A stretch of DNA of 32,699 nt, from the IMG/VR virus record IMGVR_UViG_3300045988_140731, positions 1-32,699 of that record; one strand, given 5' to 3'. The notes below the pieces were generated by a model. It made no database searches, had not been told where the DNA came from, and worked only from the letters and a program-made list of their open reading frames with translations. This DNA is from a virus. A program made the position numbers and the translations under genes. Numbering within the stretch: position 1 is the first letter of the stretch; each line of letters starts with the position of its first letter. This document shows, one piece after another, positions 26,506 through 32,699 of this stretch.

Positions 26506-26656
26506 TTGCTATCAATGCCCGAACAGAAAGGAAGCGTGTCACGATAATTGCGAAGTCTATAAGGCGTGGAAAGCCGAGTATCAGCGCAAGGAAAAGGAAG
26601 AAACGAAGACACGCAAAGCGTATTACAATTACGTCTATTATAGGAGCAAGGACTAA
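26489..26656 (+). CDS. small Cys-rich protein (55 aa)
   Basis: Internal ATG 8 nt after AGGAG. Cys-rich motif: CYQCPNRKEACHDNCEVY. Confidence 0.45.
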   Translation: MKTENSCYQCPNRKEACHDNCEVYKAWKAEYQRKEKEETKTRKAYYNYVYYRSKD

Positions 26657-26826
26657 TGTACACGGTATTTTGCGGAAGAGTATGTTGCAATTTCAGCAAG
26701 TTAAGCGATGCGGACTATTTTGCGAGAAAGAACGGCACAGTGGTGTTCGGCATTGCGAGAGCGGAAAACGAAAAAGGAGTGAATGAAAATGGTAAAGAGT
26801 ACAGAATTGACAGACGCGTTCTATGA
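26656..26826 (+). CDS. possible 56-aa ORF (MYTVFCGRVCCNF...)
   Basis: The ATG overlaps the previous TAA stop, with AGGAG 9 nt upstream. It overlaps the next gene by ~40 nt. Confidence 0.3.
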   Translation: MYTVFCGRVCCNFSKLSDADYFARKNGTVVFGIARAENEKGVNENGKEYRIDRRVL

Positions 26827-27115
26827 TTATTGGAGCGACGGAGAAAAGGTTGAGTACCTTGAAGCACTTGACGGGGCGATTGCCGAGATAGAAGAATTAG
26901 GCTTTGAAACCTACGCAAAGAGAACACTTGCGAAACTCAAAGAAATGCGAGAATACTGCAAGGAAGATATTAAGGAAGAAGCGGAGTTCGAGGGTGTTTG
27001 CCCTTATTGCGGAGCGGACTTGGAATATGACGAAAGAAGCGGAGAATATGAGTGCCACGAATGCGGATACAATGGCGGATATGTACCCGACGACGACAGA
27101 CTTGAAGATTACTGA
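26789..27115 (+). CDS. zinc-ribbon protein
   Basis: CPYCGADLEYDERSGEYECHECGY. ATG 26789 has better SD spacing (9 nt) than ATG 26783 (3 nt). Confidence 0.6.
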   Translation: MVKSTELTDAFYDYWSDGEKVEYLEALDGAIAEIEELGFETYAKRTLAKLKEMREYCKEDIKEEAEFEGVCPYCGADLEYDERSGEYECHECGYNGGYVPDDDRLEDY

Positions 27116-27287
27116 CGAACTTCCAACCGCTGCCGACCTTATTGAACTTATCGAGACCTTGAATGCGGTTAAGGCGGAGAAGATAGCAAGGCTTGAACGG
27201 TACATTGAGTATCGTGAAGAACGAAACAAACACGACCGCGACGATATTGAGCGGATGAAAGAATACTTAAAGGAGTGCAAAAAATGA
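27072..27287 (+). CDS. hypothetical coiled-coil protein (~71 aa; start uncertain)
   Basis: This is the 3' portion of ORF 26904..27287. It is ATGA-coupled to the Sak-like gene. Confidence 0.4.
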   Translation: MADMYPTTTDLKITDELPTAADLIELIETLNAVKAEKIARLERYIEYREERNKHDRDDIERMKEYLKECKK

Positions 27288-28090
27288 AATTCAGAACGTT
27301 AAAAGAAGATGAAATCGAGTGCCGAGTTGGACAAATCAGCGCAAAGGGCTTTACGCTCTTACTGTACAAGAACGCAAGGGTAGATATGGACTTGTTGGAC
27401 GAAACGGTAGGCGCGGGGAATTGGCAACGCGACCACAAGGAACTCAAAGGCAACATCTATTGCGGAGTGTCGATTTGGGATGAAACCAAAAAGCAATGGA
27501 TAACCAAATGGGACTGCGGGACTGAAAGCAACACGGAAAAGGAAAAAGGCGAAGCGTCCGACAGTTTCAAGAGAGCGTGCGTTAATGTGGGCATCGGCAG
27601 GGAACTGTACACATCGCCGTTCGTATGGATATCGGGGAATGTGTCGAAGATTGACCGCAACGGAAGAGAAGCGTATGTTCCGACGATTAGAAATATGAAA
27701 GTGCAGGAAATCGGCTACACCGACGACCGCAAGATAAACCGACTTGTAATTATAGGCGACGGAGAAGTTATATTCGAGTACGGCAAGGAAACGCCGAAAA
27801 AGGCGGCTAAAACCGACGAAACGCCGAAAGTCGATAAATGGAGCGAAGAAGAACGCAAGGTGTTTGAAATGGGCGAATTTACGGAGCAGAACATCGGATA
27901 CATCAAGACCGTAGAGTTGAAGTACGACAATCGCTATAACGGAAAGACCGTCGGAGACCTGACTTACGAAGAAATTTGCGACCTTATCGGCACGACCAAA
28001 AGTCAGTGGCTGAAAGATAGATTGTGTACTTACAGAGATTTTTTAGCGCAAACGCGCATTGTGGGCGGAGAAGAAGAAACGCCGTTTTAA
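27284..28090 (+). CDS. Rad52-family single-strand annealing protein (Sak-like)
   Basis: ATG is 8 nt after AGGAG. ARVDMDLLDETVGAGNWQRDH...EKEKGEASDSFKRACVNVGIGRELY matches the Rad52/Sak core pattern. Confidence 0.7.
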   Translation: MKFRTLKEDEIECRVGQISAKGFTLLLYKNARVDMDLLDETVGAGNWQRDHKELKGNIYCGVSIWDETKKQWITKWDCGTESNTEKEKGEASDSFKRACVNVGIGRELYTSPFVWISGNVSKIDRNGREAYVPTIRNMKVQEIGYTDDRKINRLVIIGDGEVIFEYGKETPKKAAKTDETPKVDKWSEEERKVFEMGEFTEQNIGYIKTVELKYDNRYNGKTVGDLTYEEICDLIGTTKSQWLKDRLCTYRDFLAQTRIVGGEEETPF

Positions 28091-28093
28091 GAT

Positions 28094-28612
28094 ATGATAG
28101 AATTCACAAGCAAAAAACCAAAGTTATCAATAAGCCTTGACGGGGCGGTAGAAGTAACGTTCACCGCTCCACGGGCGAAACTTGAAGCCTTAACCAACCT
28201 TTCGGACAAAGACTTTGACATCACAGTCAAACAGCACCGAGAGAAACGAAGCCTTGATGCGAACGCGTATGCGTGGGTTTTAATCACTGCGATTGCGGAC
28301 GAACTACGAGCAAGCAAAGACGAGATTTACTTTGATATGTTGAAGAAGTACGGGCAGGGCGAACTCATAAGCGTTAAAACGGGTATCGACATCAACGGGT
28401 TTGTCAAGTACTCCGAAATCGCAGGATATGGAAAGGTCAACGGTGTCGAGTTTACGCATTATAGGGTTTACAAAGGCAGTAGCGAGTACGACACAAGAGA
28501 AATGGCAATTTTCATCGATGGTATCGTATCAGAAGCGCAGGCGTTGGGCATTGACACGAGAACGCCTGACGAATTGGCGGAAATGAAATCACTATGGGAG
28601 AACGGGAAATGA
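28094..28612 (+). CDS. NinB/Orf-like recombination mediator (putative)
   Basis: KRSLDANAYAWV matches lambda NinB RSLDQNRKLWA. GSSEYDTREMAIFIDGIVSEAQALGID matches STSRMRVGEFAELLELIQAFGTERGV. Confidence 0.5.
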   Translation: MIEFTSKKPKLSISLDGAVEVTFTAPRAKLEALTNLSDKDFDITVKQHREKRSLDANAYAWVLITAIADELRASKDEIYFDMLKKYGQGELISVKTGIDINGFVKYSEIAGYGKVNGVEFTHYRVYKGSSEYDTREMAIFIDGIVSEAQALGIDTRTPDELAEMKSLWENGK

Positions 28613-29211
28613 ACAATAAGCAACGATACGCGATATTGCAAAAGAACAAGAAAGAATGGCTTAAATACTACGACCTTAAAGACGAGAGCGGAATATATAT
28701 CCTTACGAGATACGACGACAACGGCTTTAAGTTTGCGTATGTAGGGCAGGCAAAAAAGGTGCTTACACGGCTCGCGGAACACCCTATGGGGTATAAACAA
28801 CACATAGATTTTTCTTTGCGTAAACACGGCATCGGCGCACCGTTCGCAAAGGATGACAAATGGAAATGCGAGAAAGTCTTTTATTGTCCCGAAACCGAAC
28901 TCAACGATTTGGAGCAAGAATGGATAAGGAAGTGCCACGAACTCGGCTATCAATTACTTAACAAAACGACGGGAAGTCAAGGTCAAGGCAAGCAAGCATT
29001 GGGCGAGCAAAAGCCCGCAAAAGGCTATTACGACGGAATTAAGCAAGGTCGCAAGAAAGTAATCGACGAAATCAATAACAGGCTTACAAAGGGCGATATT
29101 CGGCTTATAATCGAGTGTCCGAACAAGCGCAAGGAACAACACCTTGCAAAACTTATGGAAATATTGGGAGAAAACGACAATGAAGATACGGAATACAGCG
29201 GAGATTGTTAA
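28609..29211 (+). CDS. GIY-YIG nuclease
   Basis: ATGA overlap with the upstream gene. SGIYILTR...FAYVGQAKKVLTRLAEH. Confidence 0.65.
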   Translation: MNNKQRYAILQKNKKEWLKYYDLKDESGIYILTRYDDNGFKFAYVGQAKKVLTRLAEHPMGYKQHIDFSLRKHGIGAPFAKDDKWKCEKVFYCPETELNDLEQEWIRKCHELGYQLLNKTTGSQGQGKQALGEQKPAKGYYDGIKQGRKKVIDEINNRLTKGDIRLIIECPNKRKEQHLAKLMEILGENDNEDTEYSGDC

Positions 29212-29479
29212 GGAAATTTTGGAACAGAAGCCGAGAGCAAGGGACTGCGATTTTGTCCTTTATGGTTTTGTCCTTAATAAATATGGGTACTCGGTCAATA
29301 TCCCGTTCAACGAGTTGGCGAATTTAGTCAAGGCGGAAGAATTACCGAGTATGGAAACCGTGGGACGCGCGAGAAGAAAGGTTATGGAACTCTACCCGTC
29401 GTTGCGGGGCGATAGTTACAAGGTCAGGTTAGACAACACAGCGGAGTACATAGAATTCGCACAAGACAGGAGTATATGA
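29180..29479 (+). CDS. hypothetical protein (99 aa)
   Basis: Internal ATG following GGGAG. I recognise no motif. Confidence 0.45.
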   Translation: MKIRNTAEIVKEILEQKPRARDCDFVLYGFVLNKYGYSVNIPFNELANLVKAEELPSMETVGRARRKVMELYPSLRGDSYKVRLDNTAEYIEFAQDRSI

Positions 29480-29766
29480 AATCAATCATTCAAGGCGATA
29501 GCGAAGATAGGTGTTACATTTGCGGTAGAACGGAGTGGATAGAGCGACATCACATCTTCAACGGAACGGCAAACAGGAAGAAGTCGGAAAAGTACGGACT
29601 AACCGTTCACTTGTGCCACTGGTGTCATAACGAGCCGCCGAACGGGGTACATTACAATCAGGCAGCGGACACACGCTTGAAGCAAATCGGGCAACAAACG
29701 GCGATGCGTGAGTACGGTTGGACGGTTGACGAGTTTCGGGAAGTGTTCGGGAAAAATTATTTATAA
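29476..29766 (+). CDS. HNH-type zinc-binding nuclease (NinG/Rap-like layout)
   Basis: CYICG...ERHHIFNG..NRK...LCHWCHN...GVH. SD AGGAG and an ATGA overlap with the upstream gene. Confidence 0.5.
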   Translation: MKSIIQGDSEDRCYICGRTEWIERHHIFNGTANRKKSEKYGLTVHLCHWCHNEPPNGVHYNQAADTRLKQIGQQTAMREYGWTVDEFREVFGKNYL

Positions 29767-29782
29767 AATTGTTGAAAAACTA

Positions 29783-29811
29783 TTGACAAACACGGGACGG
29801 GGGTGTATAAT
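29783..29811 (+). promoter_or_regulatory. SigA-type promoter TTGACA-17-TATAAT (second copy of the promoter cassette)
   Basis: TTGAAAAACTATTGACAA is identical to the 25958..25975 copy. GGACGGGG..GGTGTATAAT is also shared. Confidence 0.75.
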
Positions 29812-29855
29812 AAGAGTAGAAATAAAGGAAAGGGCAATGCCCGAAGGAGTGTAAA

Positions 29856-30014
29856 ATGTATTATGTAATCAAACGCAATGGCGATGAAATGGTGGGACAA
29901 GTGAAGTTTAAGACTTTTTCGGATGCAATGGATTTTTTTGCCACGAATAATTATGACGAAGTTGTAACAAGGGACGCGAACGGTTATATTTGCGACACTT
30001 TGGTTAGCAGATAA
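29856..30014 (+). CDS. hypothetical early protein (52 aa; MYYVIKRNGDEMVGQVKFKTF...)
   Basis: Its translation initiation region, GAAGGAGTGTAAAATG, is nearly identical to that of the next gene. It is below the ORF-track cutoff. Confidence 0.55.
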   Translation: MYYVIKRNGDEMVGQVKFKTFSDAMDFFATNNYDEVVTRDANGYICDTLVSR

Positions 30015-30025
30015 AGGAGTGTAAA

Positions 30026-30355
30026 ATGACTAAACAAGAGCAAATAGAAGAAATAGCGAAAATCGTTGACGAAATGTACAATGTATACACAACGACAGCG
30101 GAAGATATTGCAGAGGGATTATATAACGCGGGTTATCGAAAGATTGACGATTTGAAAGCCGAAAATAAGCAACTTAAAACCGAGTGCGCCTTGTTGGACG
30201 ATGAATTACGCATTGCAAGACAGAACATAATCGACGTGCTGAATGAGTTGAAAACAAAAGCGTTCGACAAAGACGCTTTTAACGGGTGGGCAGGCTCGAC
30301 TTTTGTGGTTCTTGTTAGAGATATAGACAAGATGATTGAGGAGTATGTAAAATGA
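30026..30355 (+). CDS. hypothetical coiled-coil protein
   Basis: 109 aa with translation initiation region AAAGGAGTGTAAAATG. Confidence 0.6.
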   Translation: MTKQEQIEEIAKIVDEMYNVYTTTAEDIAEGLYNAGYRKIDDLKAENKQLKTECALLDDELRIARQNIIDVLNELKTKAFDKDAFNGWAGSTFVVLVRDIDKMIEEYVK

Positions 30356-30564
30356 AACAAATCAGAGCGTTAAGAGCGAACGGCATCGTAATGTTGGTAT
30401 CCTCGGTGATAACAGCGGTATGTGTCGGGGTGTGTTGGAAGCACTTTCCGATTGCGGTGCAGGCGATATACATCTGCATATCGTTGATGTTTGCGGTGTT
30501 CGGCGGAGTAATGGTTGGACGGAGTATTTGGTTGACAAAACAGGAAAAGGAGAATAGAAAATGA
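30352..30564 (+). CDS. small 2-TM membrane protein
   Basis: ATGA overlap with the upstream gene. TM segments: IVMLVSSVITAVCVGVCW and AIYICISLMFAVFGGVMVG. Confidence 0.6.
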   Translation: MKQIRALRANGIVMLVSSVITAVCVGVCWKHFPIAVQAIYICISLMFAVFGGVMVGRSIWLTKQEKENRK

Positions 30565-30890
30565 CAGCATCAGAAATTTGTATAGTTGTGTTTCTTGGAA
30601 TAGGAACATTGTTGATTGCAATTCCTGCAATATATATGGGAGTTGATTATTTCCAAGAAAGGCAAAAGAGAAAAAGATCGCTTTTTACACGTATTCTGTA
30701 CGAAATGGAAAAGTTGCACAAACAGAAACACGAAGTCAATTTCATACTTTTAAGCGACGACGTTCGATATGTTGATTTTGACCGAGTAATGGGCATCCCC
30801 GTTGAACGCGCAACATTGCCGAAAGGTGTTCAATTTGTTGTGGCAGAAAGAAAAGCAAAGGAGAACGAAAAATGGATGCAGGACAAATAA
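30561..30890 (+). CDS. N-terminally anchored membrane protein
   Basis: ATGA overlap with the upstream gene. TM segment: ICIVVFLGIGTLLIAIPAIYMGV. Confidence 0.6.
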   Translation: MTASEICIVVFLGIGTLLIAIPAIYMGVDYFQERQKRKRSLFTRILYEMEKLHKQKHEVNFILLSDDVRYVDFDRVMGIPVERATLPKGVQFVVAERKAKENEKWMQDK

Positions 30891-31249
30891 TGATAATGTG
30901 CTTGCTTGCGGTGGCATTGATTTTATGTGCTATTATAATGGGCAGGGAGATAGACAATATCAAATCCATAGGAGAATTACCTGTCAGCGACACGGAGAGA
31001 GAGCGAGAAAAACACAAAAAGGAAATTGCGAAAGAACTGGCAAAATTACGTCGAAAACCTGACCTTATTTTGTGCGAATGTTGGTATTTATGGGCTAACA
31101 TTGACGGCAAAGTAATATCAGAAATCTGCGGTGTTCCTGTGCTATATGCAGGATTATATGGAAAGACTCATATGTTTGTTTGGTTTGACGACTTTGACAA
31201 AGATGCAAATGAACAATGCGAAAAAATATTAAAGGAGCAGAAGAAATGA
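30872..31249 (+). CDS. N-terminally anchored membrane protein
   Basis: SD AAAGGAG. TM segment: IMIMCLLAVALILCAIIMG. Confidence 0.6.
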   Translation: MDAGQIMIMCLLAVALILCAIIMGREIDNIKSIGELPVSDTEREREKHKKEIAKELAKLRRKPDLILCECWYLWANIDGKVISEICGVPVLYAGLYGKTHMFVWFDDFDKDANEQCEKILKEQKK

Positions 31250-31689
31250 AGAAACTTTTAATCGTATCAACAATCATAGCAATAATGTGCGTGTGCCTTG
31301 TCGGGTGCGTAGAAGACGAAAAGCCCGCACAAGCAGTTTTTACGGCAACGGCTGGAACTTGTCAAGAACTTGGCGAAGTCAAAGCAAGCGATTACAACGA
31401 CGGTTATCATACAAATGACTACTTCATTGCTGTCTTGCTGACAACGGAAAATGTCGAAGCGATATCCTTGTTGAACGAAGAGACGAACACTTATAACTTT
31501 ATGCTTTTAATGTCCGATGGCGACGAACTTATGGAAGCGATTAAGCCGATAGACACGCTTTTCGGGACAAAAGATAACGAGTATGCACTTGTGTTTCACT
31601 CGAATTACACACTTGAAGAGTACGATTTTGCGTTGAGTATCAATGTCGGCGGGAAGCACGAAGTTGTTAAGTTAGGTGCGGAAAAATGA
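31246..31689 (+). CDS. lipoprotein (147 aa)
   Basis: ATG follows AAGGAG and forms an ATGA overlap with the upstream gene. Signal peptide MKKLLIVSTIIAIMCVCLVGC contains the lipobox LVGC. Confidence 0.7.
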   Translation: MKKLLIVSTIIAIMCVCLVGCVEDEKPAQAVFTATAGTCQELGEVKASDYNDGYHTNDYFIAVLLTTENVEAISLLNEETNTYNFMLLMSDGDELMEAIKPIDTLFGTKDNEYALVFHSNYTLEEYDFALSINVGGKHEVVKLGAEK

Positions 31690-31961
31690 AAAAATCGTTC
31701 AAATCACTCATTATAGCACTTATTATAGTAATGTGTATAGTGGTATTAACGGGGTGCGTAACACGGTCGCGGATGATTGACAAGACGACGAATTCATTAA
31801 CGATACGGATGACGGACGGCAATATCGCCACATATCGGGGGCAAATCAAGAACATTGAAGAAACGAAGAACCTTATCATTCTTACCGTTGATTACGGGAA
31901 CGGCATTGTATCTACCGTTGTGTTCAACAAAGAAAATATAACTTATGTCGAATATGCTTGA
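31686..31961 (+). CDS. lipoprotein (91 aa)
   Basis: ATGA overlap with the upstream gene. Signal peptide MKKSFKSLIIALIIVMCIVVLTGC contains the lipobox LTGC. Confidence 0.7.
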   Translation: MKKSFKSLIIALIIVMCIVVLTGCVTRSRMIDKTTNSLTIRMTDGNIATYRGQIKNIEETKNLIILTVDYGNGIVSTVVFNKENITYVEYA

Positions 31962-31986
31962 CAAGCGGTCAAAGTTATGGTACAAT
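31958..31986 (+). promoter_or_regulatory. SigA-type promoter TTGACA-17-TACAAT with extended -10 (TGgTACAAT)
   Basis: TTGACA at 31958..31963 overlaps the stop codon of the preceding gene. TACAAT is at 31981..31986. Confidence 0.65.
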
Positions 31987-32014
31987 GGTTGTATAACGAA
32001 TAGGAGAACAGCCT

Positions 32015-32070
32015 ATGATTTTATCGGTGAAACTTCATAGGAGTGCGAAGTAGACAGGGAAGCCTGTCTA
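32015..32070 (+). promoter_or_regulatory. leader with a 12-codon uORF (MILSVKLHRSAK) whose stop codon lies in an 8-bp hairpin
   Basis: SD TAGGAG is 8 nt before ATG 32015. TAGACAGG-GAAG-CCTGTCTA spans 32051..32070 and is followed by TTTG. Confidence 0.35.
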
Positions 32071-32088
32071 TTTGCCGTTGTAAACGAA

Positions 32089-32418
32089 ATGAGATTTACG
32101 GACGAAAACAATAACATATCGGTCAAGGACATACGCATTAAGGGCGACAAGGCATCGGGACAGCCGATAACGAAACTTGCGATGTACGAGAACATAGCCG
32201 ACACGCCTGCGGAGTTTGCGAAGATAATCAGGTCGGCGCAGGAGATGTTGGACGGTATCGCATTCACGCCGAAGCAGGCGGAAACGGTCAAAAGCGTTGT
32301 TCAGAGCAGGGCGGCAGAAGCCGTACAAAAGGCTGTGGACGCTATTTTAAGGGAACTTGACGAACAGGGCTATTCGGAAGCGAAAGAAGCGATACAACGA
32401 TTTGTGGGGGCGGAGTAA
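32089..32418 (+). CDS. hypothetical protein (109 aa), no obvious SD
   Basis: A long ORF in the sense orientation. It is in the same frame as the next gene and separated from it by a single TAA. Confidence 0.5.
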   Translation: MRFTDENNNISVKDIRIKGDKASGQPITKLAMYENIADTPAEFAKIIRSAQEMLDGIAFTPKQAETVKSVVQSRAAEAVQKAVDAILRELDEQGYSEAKEAIQRFVGAE

Positions 32419-32699
32419 TTGGAAATCATAAAACTTAACATTAACGAAGTAATACCGTATTCGAATAACCCGAGAAAAAACGACAACGCTGTTGATGCAG
32501 TTGCGGAAAGCATAAAACAATGCGGATATTGTTCACCGATTGTTATCGACGAAGACAATGTTATTCTTGCGGGACACACAAGGCTTAAAGCACTTAAAAA
32601 GTTAAAATGGAAAGAAGTCGAGTGCGTAAGGAAAACGGGGTTGACCGAAGAACAAAAGAAAAAATACCGTATTCTTGACAACAAGACAAACGAACTTGC
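32419..32699 (+). CDS. ParB-like N-terminal (nuclease/CTPase-fold) domain, 5' part of the ParB-MTase gene that continues at 1..932
   Basis: TTG start. EIIKLNINEVIPYSNNPRKNDNAVDAVAESIKQCGYCSPIVIDEDNVILAGHTRLKALKKL is a typical ParB-N domain. The start codon is uncertain. Confidence 0.75.
   Translation, partial: MEIIKLNINEVIPYSNNPRKNDNAVDAVAESIKQCGYCSPIVIDEDNVILAGHTRLKALKKLKWKEVECVRKTGLTEEQKKKYRILDNKTNEL
32645..32699. repeat. second copy of the 55-bp terminal repeat
   Basis: Identical to 1..55. Confidence 0.9.

Noticed and set aside
32416-32421. Possible stop-codon read-through fusing ORF 32089..32418 to the ParB-MTase gene (same frame, single TAA)
   Set aside because: ParB-N domains normally begin exactly at the ...I.I..L.P...NPR segment that follows the TTG at 32419. 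There is no read-through context or structure. The shared frame is probably coincidental.
1-32699. Searched for an integrase or recombinase, CI/Cro-type repressor pair, tRNA/tmRNA, CRISPR array, reverse transcriptase/DGR and DNA polymerase
   Set aside because: I recognised no ORF or structure with the corresponding motifs. Absence is judged by eye only and needs profile searches to confirm.

Overview
This window looks like a complete, circularly closed genome of a tailed dsDNA phage, about 32,644 bp unique. The first 55 bp are identical to the last 55 bp, and one gene (ParB-domain DNA methyltransferase) runs across the junction. Almost all genes are on the + strand. Going round the circle: ParB-MTase and a compact MetK-like SAM synthetase; terS/terL, portal, MuF-like minor head protein, acidic scaffold and a major capsid protein with a C-terminal Flg_new-type repeat (0.9-8 kb). 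Next come neck and tail genes with no recognisable tape measure, including a 977-aa hub-like protein, a 1402-aa mosaic fibre with a BNR-type propeller, and a lectin-fold protein (8-18.8 kb). A block of membrane proteins follows that contains no recognisable endolysin (18.8-21.7 kb). A 0.5-kb control region holds divergent near-consensus promoters sharing a 10-bp operator-like repeat and a structured, terminator-containing leader (21.7-22.26 kb). After it come replication genes (replisome organiser-HNH fusion, DnaC-like loader, PAPS-reductase-like protein), small early genes, and a Sak/NinB-like/GIY-YIG/HNH recombination module. The last block is an early operon of five translationally coupled membrane proteins and lipoproteins. 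Strong AAGGAG Shine-Dalgarno sites, SigA-type promoters and lipoboxes suggest a Firmicute host. I found no integrase, classical repressor, tRNA, CRISPR array or DNA polymerase. Every functional call rests on motifs read by eye and on gene order; no database search was run.
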